Source of the DNA: the human T2T-CHM13v2.0 reference genome, Homo sapiens
Assembly (NCBI RefSeq): GCF_009914755.1
Contig: NC_060934.1
Direction: 5' to 3' (one strand)
DNA: 64,000 nt
Position 1 is the stretch's first letter. The number at the start of each line of letters is the position of its first letter. Below the pieces are notes generated by a model. The model was not told where the DNA came from and ran no database searches. It worked only from the letters and a program-made list of their open reading frames with translations. Positions 1-12,800 of this stretch are shown one piece after another. Both the position numbers and the translations under genes were made by a program.

Positions 1-85
1 ATCTGAACATCCAGTTTACCCTCTTGCTAGACGTACAAGTTCCTTATGTTCTCATACTTCTGGCCAAGCAGTTGATATATTATAT

Positions 86-518
86 TGGTAAAATAAAAAC
101 TTCAGCCAAATTAAATTTAAAGGAGCTTAATTGAGCAATGAATGATTTGCAAATCGGGCAGTCCCCAGAATCACAGCAGATTCAGAGACTCCAGGGGTGC
201 CTTGTGGTCAGAACAAATTTATAGACAAAAAAACGTAAAATGACCTACTTTCACTTTCAGAAGTGAGGTGCAGAAAGAGTGAGATTGGTTACAGCTCGGC
301 ATTTGCCTTGTTTGAACACAGGTTGAACATTCAGCAGACTGTGAGTGGTTGAAGTAGGCCACTGAGATTGGCCAACACTCAGCTATTGTTTCAGGTGCAT
401 ATTACTAAGTTAGGTTTTCAATTTTGTCTCACTGTTAAGCTAGGTTATAGTTCATCTATAAGGACTCAAATATAGAAGTACTGAGTCCTTCTCAGGCCAT
501 ATTTAGTTTGCTTTAACA
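86..518 (-). mobile_element. MER57A-type ERV1 solo LTR
   Basis: Reverse complement begins TGTTAAAGCAAACTAAATATGGCCTGAGAAGGACTC, matching the recalled MER57A start. TG..CA termini and a 4-bp TSD ATAT (82-85 and 519-522). Confidence 0.85.
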
Positions 519-629
519 ATATCCTAATTATGTTCTTTTCCTTCAGCCAGCATTTTAATTCTAATAGGTTGCTGAATGTGACTTTTAATTTTTGAATCCT
601 TATCCAAGCACACAGAAGGTGGGAAGAAG

Positions 630-772
630 TGTGATGTAGTATAAAAGTGCTTGGATTTTTCATTCAAGTGTATATATGCTGGAAATACAAAATCAGCATT
701 TATTAGCTGTATGCTCTTGGGCAAGTTACTTAGTGTTTGAATCTCTTTCTTCACCTGTTAAATGGAATAGTG
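630..772 (+). mobile_element. MIR fragment
   Basis: MIR-core-like 'tagctgtatgctcttgggcaagttacttag...cttcacctgttaaatggaatag'; boundaries approximate. Confidence 0.6.
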
Positions 773-3227
773 AGGCCTTCCTTTTATGGGACTAAAGACA
801 GAAAACCAATCTACCTAAAACCTCCTACCTTGCATGACCCCTCCCACCATGCATAGTAGCCATTCAATTGCTGATATGGCACTCTTTTTCTCTTTCTTAA
901 TTGAATTATTTAGGATATACTTGTTTTTTCCTTGAGTTCCTCCCTGGAAACAACTTTAAATAAGATACTAAAAAATTTCAGCTATTTGCTCCTATTTAAC
1001 TTGTCTACTTAATATTTAAATTCCTTTGATAAATATATTAGACATGATGGGTTATTCTCACTTTTCAATAATGATCTAGATGAAAGAGGCTAACAATTTG
1101 GTCAGCTAGAAGGAAAAAATTTCAATTTAGTGCCACTGACAGTTTTAAGGAAGGCAAATTACTTACCAAACTAGGATTTCATTTTATTTTCAAACTAATT
1201 ACTGTGTGTTTGTACCTCTGTAGATTATATAAGTAGGCTCCAGAAGAAACTACTTGCTTATTCTTCTTGGCCTTTTAGTCCTTTTAAAAGCTAATTTGTA
1301 AAGAATGACATGTAAGTTTAGATATACAATTTCTCATAGCTATTAATGATATTTCTTTACCAAACTCTATGAGAACACAGTAATGATTTTTTAAAGTGAA
1401 GGTATGAGGTATTTGAGGGAATTTTATGAAGTCTGGTCCCATTTGTTCACTGGAATTATGAAAAAAATATAGCAAAAGTAGAAGTCTTTGGATACTCTTA
1501 TAATTTTAGGAAGTAGTTTTAACTTATTCTCAGTTCAAGATTTTATTTTCCTTTCAAAGTCTGATGTGTTACCAATACCAAAACACACTTTTAAGTACTC
1601 TTTTTTTTTGGCAGCTCCTTTTTTCTTAAACCGTTCTGTGGAATTAGTAAAGAACAGTGAAATTGGATAAAGGCAAAGGCAATAGGGTAGAGGGGAGGAA
1701 GTAAGCCTGAACATCTATTACCAGTCTCTGAAAGATCAAATTTACCTTTTAAAGTAACTACAGGGTTCACTTGAGTCTATTTATTTTGTCTATGAGGAAA
1801 TAGAGTGTCAGAGAGATGACATATCTATATGAACTAATAGCTACTCCTTGGAGAAGCCAGGACTGGAGGATGCTCCTAACTCATAGCTAGGTGATCTTAA
1901 ATCTCTCTAAACTTCCTTTTCAAATGTTAAATGGGGAGCATGCCTGCTTAATCAGGTTAAGTAGATTAAGCAGAGGTAAAGCACATATTTATGAAGTGTT
2001 CATGGATACCAGATGTTCAATAAAAGTTTTTTTCCTTTGTCTCATCTTGGCTTACTGTAAATTTTTTAAAAAACATAATAAATTAAAAATTGGTAGTAAA
2101 CAGTTTACACAGAATGAAATATTTCACGGTCATCCGGCTTTTAAGAAAATGCATAGCATGCAAACTGGAAGCAAAAGTTCTTTGGGAAGAGTCCTTGAGT
2201 CATTTGAATTTGGAAAGGAAAGGAAGTTTTACGTCATCTGTAGATGCTCTGATTTCAGTTGGTGCATTATTGCCTTGGGCCAGGTGCACCAATTTATACA
2301 AAAAGTAGTTTTAAAAACTTTTCCTCTCCATTTCTTTTATGAATTCATCTTGTGTGAGCTTTTGATCCTCACTGAATGACCTTATAAAATAAAGGGAAAA
2401 ATCAATAAAGCTTAAAACTTATACTTTTCACTCAATTTTTTTTTCCAGATGAATTCACAGTGCTCTGAATCTCACCTTTAGGTTTGACCCTGACTGAAAA
2501 ACATCTCAAAATTTTACTTTTGCACAACAACCTGTATCCCAGTAATCATATTTGAGCTGCACTTTTACTTCATTTGCCCTTTTAAAGAACACACATTGCA
2601 AGGATTGCATCAATTTAAATGGACATAGCATGTGACTAGAAATTATCTTATTTGGGAAAAGTGTTTTATTGATAACAGAGAGTTCTGGTGTTGGTTTACT
2701 CATTTGTTGATGATCGTTACTTCATTTTGGGCCAGTTACAGTAAACCAGAACCTAGGAACTTGCAAAGCCAGATTATTTTTCCTTCTCTTCTACTAATGG
2801 TGCATCTAGTTCAGTATTTTTCCTGATCAGATTAAAGAAAAACTTAGAAACTCAGGAGTTGGGACCAGCCTTGAGCTCACTTAGCTTTTTCTCCCTACCA
2901 TCCAGCCCCACTCTGTCTTTAACAGTGGGAATCTAACAAGAAATAGTGCCTATTTGAGGGATGTTTATTTGAAGGATTAATAAACATTTATTTTGAAATC
3001 TAAAAGGATTGTAAAAAGTTTTTGAGCAGTTAAAGCCCATGTTTTTACTGTAGTTTGTATAGTAAGAGAAACTAATATCTAAGAATATTTCCCAGATTAT
3101 TTGTTAAGAATAAAACCTTATCTACTGAAAATAAGCAATAAAATATAGTTTCTTAGGTAGTGTATATGAATAGGCAATTAAAATACTTGTGCTACTAAAT
3201 GACAGTTCTTTTTTTTTTAAATATACC

Positions 3228-3353
3228 CAGTTGAGCATCTCAAACCTCAATCCAAAATGCTCCAATGAGCATTTCCTTTGAGCCTCATGTAAGCGCACAA
3301 AAAGTTTTGGGTTCCAAAGGATTTTGGATTTTGGATTTTGGACACTTAACCTG
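3228..3353. mobile_element. Tigger4/MER46-like non-autonomous DNA transposon fragment
   Basis: 'gttgagcatc...aaatgctccaatgagcatttcctttgagc...ttttggattttgg...ttaacctg' resembles the recalled Tigger4/MER46 terminus. Confidence 0.6.
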
Positions 3354-4574
3354 ATACGTATACAGGAATGCTTGCCATTTAATAAACTCTATGTATTGGT
3401 TGAGAATGATGAGAGTCTATTTGGAGCATCTGAATTTGTAGTTGGTTTTGAAAATTCAAATTATGAGTTTTAATTAAAAGGACAATTTGACCCTTATATT
3501 TTGAAGATGAATTTTTAGTAAAATTTAACTAAGCTTTTAATAAATTGTAGTTGCTAATTTTTGCAAAGAAAGACCTGGGGTGTTTTTATGTACAAACTAT
3601 TGTATTTGATAGTGGAAATTAAGGCTAGAAACAATATTCCTAGGGAAACATGCAAAAATACGTTGAGTAACATAATGTGACATTTGAGATGCCAGTGATA
3701 GTTATCTACTATAAAATAGGTCCCACATAGCTGCCAGAGTATAAAAATAACAAAACAGAATCCCTTAAAACGTTACATAATTCAGAATAACTGTTATTTT
3801 CCCTAATGAGCTAGAACTTTACCCATATATTTTTTTCTGAATTAACATGGTGTTAAAATATTTCTGTTTCACTCTTTTGCTGCAAAGTAAATGTTTTGGG
3901 CTTTTGATAATGCTTTCAAACGGCATTAAAATTCTTTGTCATTGCATTGCTCACAAATCCATTAGTAGTAAACATTCATGAATTCTTAATAAAAGTGAAG
4001 ATGTGAAGGAAAGGAAGAAGAATGTGCTCTGTTTATGTTATTGTAAAGTTTTAGATCGTGCTTTTAAAGAAATGCAGCTTGGTTAAAGTTTTTTTAACAT
4101 TCTAATGGGAAAATGCACAAAAGTTGAGATAATTTTGCATGGAATACCAGATATCCACTACCTAAATTCTAAAATTATTTTTAAAAATATTTGCTTTATC
4201 ACATATCCAATCTTCTATCTGTTCATCAATCCATCTTATTTTTTGATGCATTTCAAACTAATGCGCAGAAATATCCCTACACTTCACCTCATCAGCGTGC
4301 ATACCAATTACTAGTGTCAATATTTCTTACATAGCTTTTTTGGGGGTGGTTGTTGTTAAACATTCATAAAGTAAATGTAGCATTCAATGTGTTTCTACAA
4401 ATGTATATATCTATTTCACCCAAACTCCTATGACGATATAGACCATTATTATCACATTATCATCCTACGCCTTCCAAAAAACTCCACTGAATATCCTGTC
4501 CCCATCTGCCATGGCAACAAAAATACCCCTATGGCACTAGGGCAAAGTGAGTAAATGTGAAGAAGAGAATACTG

Positions 4575-4790
4575 GCAGGACTTTGGGTCTGATCACATGG
4601 GAGGAGTCAGGGACAGGCAGTGGTCAAGGATGACACTGAAGACTGTGACTTGAACAGTAGAGGGAATGGCAGTGCCATTTACTGAAATAAAGACTTGTGG
4701 AAAAGATATACATTTAGATGAGCTCAATTTTGAACATTCTGATTTTTAAGTTCCTGTGAGATCATCAAATGGAAATACCTAGCAAGTAAA
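4575..4790 (-). mobile_element. L2 fragment
   Basis: 'aggatgacact...gtgccatttactgaaat...gagctcaattttgaacatt' is typical antisense L2. Confidence 0.55.
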
Positions 4791-4799
4791 AGACTTGTT

Positions 4800-5041
4800 T
4801 TTGGCATCTTTATTCATGAAAGCCAAAAACTGAAAGCATCCAGGTGTCCATAGAGTGGATAAACAAACTGGTGGGTTTCATACAATGTAACCATACTCAT
4901 TAATAAAAAGGAAGGACCTACTGACACATGCAACAATATGGATGAAACCTGAAAAAGCGTTATGCTGGGTGAAAGAAGCCTCACCCCATAGAGCAGGCAC
5001 TGTATGTTTCCATTTATATGATATTCTAGAACAAGCAAAAC
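4800..5041 (+). mobile_element. Old L1 (L1ME/L1MD) 3' fragment
   Basis: 'gccaaaaactgaaag...tggataaacaaactgg...atgcaacaatatggatgaa...gttatgctgggtgaaagaagcc' is typical of an old L1 3' end. Confidence 0.7.
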
Positions 5042-5223
5042 ATGGCTCTACGTGGTTTGCCTTCTCTCTCGTCTTCCCTTTTTCTTGTCTTTCTAACCAC
5101 ATGGTTTTGCATGACCCTCGTCCTTCCCATGTAAGGCGGTTTCCCTCTGCCTTGTCTCTTTAATGAGATCATTCCCATTTCTACAGAGTCATATTCTAGT
5201 GTCTCCAAGAAAACCTTCTTATA

Positions 5224-5640
5224 TTAGTTGGGATTAGAATTGTCTGCAGACATAGAAAACCAAAGCAAAACAAAATAACCATTGTTTAAATAAGTTGGAA
5301 GGGTATTTGTTATGAAAAAACTCTGTAGCAAGGTAGTCCAGGTCTGGTGTGGTGGCTGTTTTCCAGAGACCTCAGTAACCCAAGATTCTTCCACCTTTAC
5401 TGTTCCCATCTGGAGGGTATGGCCCTTATCTTCATAATCCAAGTTGGAACTGTGGATATCACAGTCCAGTTGGCAGGCTGGAGGGAGACACAAAAGACAT
5501 TGACAAGCTGAATGATGAGATTTCTTAGAATCTGCTAAAATTTCCCTGGACAGAACTTAGTTATGTGCCTTGGGTGTTACCTGTCTTCAAGGAAGGCAGG
5601 GTACTTAAGTGTCCATGTGTCCAGCTAAAAATGGGGTTCC
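5224..5640 (-). mobile_element. MLT1(J/K-like) MaLR LTR, degraded
   Basis: Antisense MLT1-like motifs ('aggtagtccaggtctggtgtggtggctg', 'cccttatcttcataatccaag'); subfamily uncertain. Confidence 0.5.
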
Positions 5641-6112
5641 AATTGGGACAAATTGGGAATTAGGGTGGGCTGCTTAACTACTTCCATGCTTCCCTTGATT
5701 TCACATTATCCTCCAGCCATTGTCCTGTTTCTCTGCTGCTTGTTAGAATTGATACTTCTTGAAAGAGTTATCTACTCATAACATTCTATTATACTTCCCA
5801 AATTGCCTTGTTTTTTCAACTCACTCCAGCTTCTGCACTCACTCTTCCATGTAAATGGCTATCAAGGGTACCCATGATCTGTTTCAAAATGTAAGAGATA
5901 CTTTAAAGTTCTCATCTTATTTGGTTTCTCATCAGCATTCAATTCTTTTCCTTTTCTTGAGATTCCCTGTAAAAGGAACAGCCTCGAGTTTTTCATTTGT
6001 CGTCTATGACTTTGTTGTTGTCTACCACCATTCTGGAAGCTCGTTCCCTGTCATTTTTCTAGCATTTCCTGTTCTGTGCAGTGTCTAAATGTTGGAATTT
6101 TTTAAGGTTTAG

Positions 6113-6335
6113 TTTTTATTGTGGTAGCATATACATAACATGAAATTTACCATTTTAACCATTTTAAAGTGTACATTTCAGTGGCATTGAGTATATTCAC
6201 ATTGTTGTGCAACCATCATCACCATCCATCTCCAGAACTTTTTCATTATCCACAACTGAAATTCCATACCCATTTAACAATAATCACCCATTTCTCCCTC
6301 CTCCCAGTCCCTAGCAACCACCATTCTACTTTCTT
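6113..6335 (-). mobile_element. L1MB-type 3' end
   Basis: 'aaatttaccattttaaccattttaaagtgtaca...cagtggcattgagtatattcacattgttgtgcaaccatca...caaccaccattctactttct'. Confidence 0.8.
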
Positions 6336-7625
6336 CTCTCTCATTCAGACTTACTGGAGTAAGTCTCTCAGTAGATTTACTTTTTAAATTCTATTCACTA
6401 TTATATACCTAATGCTTAACATAAGGACGGGCACTTATTTAGTATGCAGTAGATGTTTGTGAATTGAGTGAATGCTAATCTCCCTGGCATGTTTTGTGTT
6501 ACCCCATTTGATGGAACCATGCTTCATATTGCAGCTTAGAAAAGGTAGCCTTTTCTGATTATTAGACTAGTTGGGGTCTGTATGTCAGATGATATCATTG
6601 CACTTTGTAAATTTTTCATGACACTTAACTTTGTAATTATATATCGGCAAGTGGTGTTTGACAGTTTGTTTCCCTGTATGTACTATAAGCCTCACAAGAG
6701 CAGGGACCAAGGCTGTCTTGGCCACCATCCTTTCCCCGGTGGGAAATATAGTCTCACACTCACCTTGTTTTATAAATGAATGCTCAGTGATAAAAATAAA
6801 CCTCTTTAACTGGTTACATTTCCTAATACCTGAAAACTGTATGCCATTTTATTCTTTGTGACTAGGTGTTGGAAATTGAGGTTATATTGAGGGAATTTGA
6901 ATTTCTTGAAACCAGAGTTTGGAAAGTTTAGTGGTTTTTAATTGGATCCTCTTTAAATGTTGAGAAGCTAAAGATTCACCAGGGGAAAGCCATTTTGAAA
7001 CTTTTACTATAAGAATCACATGAAGAGGTCTGATATATTGCCAAATCTAATTCTGCACTGTTGCAGATGAATGCAATCTTAGGACATCTGTGTGTTTGTC
7101 TTTCTAGCTCTCCCTTGTGACATCATTAGTGCACTTAAGCCTCCAGAGTAGCTTCTTTGGAAATTTTCATTACCAATTAAACTCATTTTTGAAATGTATA
7201 AATTCTTTGAATATTACTAATAACTTTTTATAGGCTCCACATTTTTTTCCTATATCAGGAAGATTTAAAATTACTTTTGCAGAAACATACATGTAGAGTG
7301 CAGTAGGTATTTTCTACCATGCTGTACCAAATTCAATAGGGTAACAATTTTTCTGGCATCCTCCGGGAAGGAATCAGTTCCAATATTTATTCAGGAAGTA
7401 TTATTGAATTCCTACCATGTGCAAGGGGATTTACATATAACCCTTGCCTTAGGCTTAATTGGACTCAGTTTTCTAGCAGCCTTTAGCCCTGTGCCTCCCC
7501 ACCAAATGCTTTAGCCTGTAAGACAGGTGCTGGACTATAAAGCTGTCTGTTCCTTCTTCCTAAGATCAAAATCCAGCTAGTTATAAAATGCCGTGGAGCA
7601 CAAGCTTTTATGATTCTGGTAGTAG

Positions 7626-8002
<377 letters not shown>

Positions 8003-9299
8003 TAAACACTCAAGCTTGCTGGTTGTATTTGTCATACAAGTTATGTTCACTGTAGGCCATATTGTGTTTGTCTGAATAATGGTTTTGAAATAAATCATTT
8101 AGCTACCAACATTTTAGAATTAAGGAGATTTACATACCAATTTGGTTTTGTAGCTTCTCTTGGAAAATCTGAATGTCTGGCTATTTTGTGCCAGCATTTG
8201 CACGTGATAGCTGGAGCTGGTGTTTGCAAGCTTAGGCAGGGACAGTCCCTATCCTATTTGCTGCACCTCTGACCACTCTTTATTATTTCCCTGAAACTCA
8301 GATCAGTGTCAGTTACCATTTATCCTTGTCATTGTACTATTGGTTTTTTTTTTTCGTGGTAGAGTGAAATAATTTTTGTACCATGTCTGCAGGTCAAGGG
8401 GAAATATTAGTGAAGGGGTGTTAGTGAATGCCAAGAAAATGAGACAATATATTTCTTTGGGCAAATGAGTAATTTTCCTGTGTCTGTGTTTTTCTCTTGT
8501 GGAACATATATTTATGTTAAAACCATGCACTTCTGCCCATTCATTCCTCACTGTTCTTTCTCTGGCTTTTCTAGACATCTGAGTCAGGCACTCTTGATTA
8601 GATGCATGATTGTACAAAAGGAAAGTGATTCTACCTGAGGGCCGCTTGAAGGACCAGTTCAAATAGAGTAGTAATACATCATAACTATCATAAGAGGTGA
8701 TATAGCAGCTCAGAGGAAGGAGAGATTACGGGAATCTTGATGTTGCTTTTATAGTTGCTGTTGAACAACATGTAGAAATTCAGCAGCAGGAGACAGTGGG
8801 ACAAAAGGACAGTTTGAATAAAGCAAAAAAAGAAAAAAGGAGGATTGGGTGAGGATAGGACAGTGGCTAGTTATAAGTAGGGAGCTCTGAGAGAAGTAAA
8901 ACTTAAGAGGCTGGTTGTGGCCTGGTTATGGATAGTCTTAAATGTTAGGCTGAGAGACAGATAACAGTTAACCTCTGAGAGATGTTGTAATTAGGGGAGG
9001 GAAATATCAAATTAACGACTTGTATGAGAAAAGGCTGGATGTGCCACCATCAAGCATGAAATCCTCTGTGTAAGTACTCACGGATGGTAATTATCTGGAT
9101 AGAAGATTGTCTTGGATTATGGACATGGTTTTGGAGAGGGAATTGCTAGGTCTGTGCAACTTATTAGATATGGTTGTGGTGGGGGTTGAGGACAGTTGGA
9201 GGAGAAGCTGGGAGAGAGGAGAGAACAAGGATTTGAACACAGATATCTGAGGAGAGCATGGAAATCAAAAGGAAGACCTGGTTTGGAAGGAGTATCCAA

Positions 9300-9418
9300 T
9301 AGGATGCATTTAGCCTCAACTAACAGGCTGGCATCAACAATATGCATGTGTATTGGCTCATATTACTGAAAAGTGCAGAAGTACAGTGGGTTTTGGAATA
9401 GTTAATCAAGAAGTTCTG
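9300..9418 (-). mobile_element. MLT1(L/K-like) LTR, left piece (continues at ~23120)
   Basis: 'tattggctcatattactgaaaagtgcag' resembles the antisense MLT1K/L consensus 'tattggctcacgtaactgaaaagtccag'. Confidence 0.5.
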
Positions 9419-9868
9419 GAAGATGAATGGATAAAGAAATTGTGGTATATATATATAATAAAATAATATTTAGCCATAAAAGAGAAGGAAATCCTGCAAT
9501 TTGCAACAACAAGGGTGAACCTCTAGGACATTATGCTAAGTGAAATAAACCAGACATGGAAAGGCAGATACCATCTGTTATGAATTATATGTGGAAAATA
9601 AAAAAAAATCAAACTTACAGAAGAGGGTAGAACCATGGCTGCCAGTGGGGTGGAGGAAACGGTGAAATTTGGGTCAAAGGGTACAAACTTTGAATTATAA
9701 GAGGAACCCAGTTCTGGTGTACAGCATGAGTGGCGATGGATGTGTTAATTAATTAGATTGTGATAATCATTACAGAATGTAAACATATACCAAATCATTA
9801 TTTTGTACACCTTGAATATATCCCATCTTTACTTGATAATTAAACATTTTAAAATTTAAAAAGACATG
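9419..9868 (+). mobile_element. L1MA-type 3' end (A-rich tail continues at 23101-23119)
   Basis: 'gatgaatggataaagaaattgtggtatat...aaggaaatcctgc...ggacattatgctaagtgaaataa...tcaaagggtacaaact' is a characteristic L1MA 3'UTR. Confidence 0.8.
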
Positions 9869-12800
9869 AGGGATTCCTGGGCAAGATGGCTGAATTAGAA
9901 TAGTTCTGGTCTGCAGCTCCCAGAGAGACTAACGCTGAAGGCGGGTGATTTCTGCATTTCCAACTGAGGTACCCGGTTCATCTCAGTGGGACTGGTTAGA
10001 CAGTGGGTGCAGCCCACGGAGAGTGAGCAGAAGCAGGGTGGGGAGTCGCCTCACCTGGGAAGTGCAAGGGGTTGGGGAACTCCCTCCCCTAGCCAAGGGA
10101 AGCTATGAGTGAGGGATGGTGCTATCTGGCCCAGATACTACATTTTTCCCACTGTCTTCACAACCCGCAGACCAGGAGATTCCCTAGGGTGCCTACACCA
10201 CCAGGGCCCTGGGTTTCAAGCACAAAACTGGGTGGCTGTTTGGGCAGACACCGAACTAGCTGCAGGAGTGTTTTTTCATACCCTAGTGGCACCTGGAACT
10301 CCAGTGAGACAGAACTGTTCACTACCCTGGAAGGGGGGCTGAAGCCAGGATGCCAAGTGGTCTTGCTCAGCAGATCCCACCCCGATGGAGCCCAACAAGC
10401 TAAGATCTACTGGCTTGAAATTCTTGCTGGCAGCACAGCATTCTCAAGTCAATCTGGGATGCTCGAGCTTGGTAGGGGGAAGGGCATCCGCCATTACTGA
10501 GGCTTACGCAAAGCTTCTGTAGCCAGATTCCTCTCTAGATTCCTCCTCTCTGGGCAGGGAATCTCTGAAAGGCAACAGCCCCAGTCAGGGGCTTATAGCT
10601 AAAACTCTCATCTCCCTGGGACAGAGCACCTGGGGAAAGGGGTGGCTGTGGGTACAGCATCAGCAGGCTTAAATGTTCCTGCCTGCTGGCTCTGAAGAGA
10701 GCAGCGGATCTCCCAGCACAGCGTTCAAGCTCTGCTAAGGGGCAGACTGCCTCCTCAAGTGGGTCTCTGACCCCCCCGTGCCTCCTGACTGGGAGACACC
10801 TCCCTACAGGGGTCGACAGAAAACTCATACAGGAGAGCTCTGGCTGGCATCTGGCGGGTGTCCCTCTGGGAAAAAGCTTCCAGAGGAAGGAGCAGGCAGT
10901 AATTTTTGCTGTTCTGCAGCCTCCGCTGGTGATATCGAGGCAAACAGGGTCTGCAGTGGACCTCCAGCAAACACCAGCAGGCCTGCAGAAGAGGGGCCTG
11001 ACTATTAGAAGGAAAACTAACAAATAGAAAGCAGTAGCCTCAACGTCAACAAAAAGGACAACCACACAAAAACCCCATCTGAAGGTCACCAGCATCAAAG
11101 ACCAAAGGTAGATAAATCCCTGAAGATGACGAAAAAGCAGCGCAAAAAGGCTGAAAATTCCAAAAACCAGAATGCCTCTTCTCCTCCAAAGGAGCACAAC
11201 TCCTCGCCAGCAAAGGAACAAAACTGAACAGAGAATGAGTTTGATGAATTGACAGAAGTAGGCTTCAGAAGGTAGGTAATAACAGACTCCTCCAAGCTAA
11301 AGGAGCATGTTCTAACCCAATGCAAAGGAAGCTGAGAACCTTGTTAAAGGTTACAGGAACTGCTAACTAAAATAATCAGTTTAGAGAACAACATAAATGA
11401 CCTGATGCAGCTGAAGAACACAGCACAAGAACTTCGCGAAGCATATACAAGTATCAAGAACCAAATTGATCAGTTGGAAGAAAGGATATCGGAGATGGAA
11501 GATCAGCTTAATAAAGTGTGAAGATAAGATTAGAGAAAAAAGAATAAAAAGGAATGAAGAAAGCCTCCAAGATATATGGGACTATGTGAAAAGACCAAAC
11601 CTACGTTTGATTGGTGTACCTGAAATTGATGGGGAGAATGGAACCAAGTTGGAAAACACACTTCAGGCTGTTCTCCAGGAGAACTTTCCCAACCTAGCAA
11701 GATAGGCCAACATTCAAATTCAGGAAATACAGAGAACACCACAAAGTTACTCCTAGAGAAGAGCAACCCCAAGACACATAATTGTCATATTCACCAAGGT
11801 TGAAATGAAGGAAAAAAATCTTAAGGGCAGCCAGAAAAAGGTTGGGTTACCCACAAAGAGAAGCCCATCAGGCTAACAGCAAATCTCTCTGCTGAAATCC
11901 TACAAACCAGAAAGAGTGGAGGCCAATATTCAACATTCTTAAAAGAATTTTCAACCCAGAATTTCGTATCCAGCCAAACTAAGCTTCATAAGTGAGGGAG
12001 AAATAAAATCCTTTACAGACAAGCAACTGCTGAGGGATATTGTCACCACCAGGCCTGTCTTACAAGAGCTCCTGAAGGAAGCACTAAATATGGAAAGGAA
12101 AAAACGGGACCAGCTTCTGCAAAAACATACCAAATTATAAACACCATCGATGCTAGGAAGAAACTGCATCAACTAACAGGCAAAATAACGGGCAAAATAG
12201 CGTCATAATGACAGGGTCAAATTCACACATAACAATATTAACCTTAAATGTAAATGGGCTAAATGCCCCAATTAAAAGGCACAGACTGGCAAATTGGATA
12301 AAGACTCAAGACCCATCAGTGTGCTGTACTCAGGAGACCTGTCTCACGTGCAAAGACACACATAGGCTCAAAATAAAGGGATGGAGGAAGTTTTATCAAG
12401 CAAATGGAAAGCAAAAAAAAGCAGGGGTTGCAATTCTAGTCTCTGATAAAACAGACTTTAAACCAACAAAGATCAAAAAAGACAAGGACATTACAAAATG
12501 ACAAAGGGTGCAAAAAGAGGAGCTAACTGTCCTAAATATATATGCACCCAATACAGGAGCACCCAGATTCATAAAGCAAGTTCTTCAAGACCTACAAAGA
12601 ACTTAGATCCCCACACAATAATAGTGGGGATTTTAACACCCCACTGTCAGTATTAGACAGATCAACGAGATAGAAAATTAACAAGGATATTCAGGACTTG
12701 AACTCAGCTCTGGACCAAGGAGACCTAATAGACATCTACAGAACTCTCCACTGCAAATCAACAGAATATGCATTCTTCTCAGCAGCACATCACACTTATT

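Noticed and set aside
1891-2379. 162-aa ORF
   Set aside because: GTG start in MIR-like sequence, no recognisable domain and AT-rich intronic composition.
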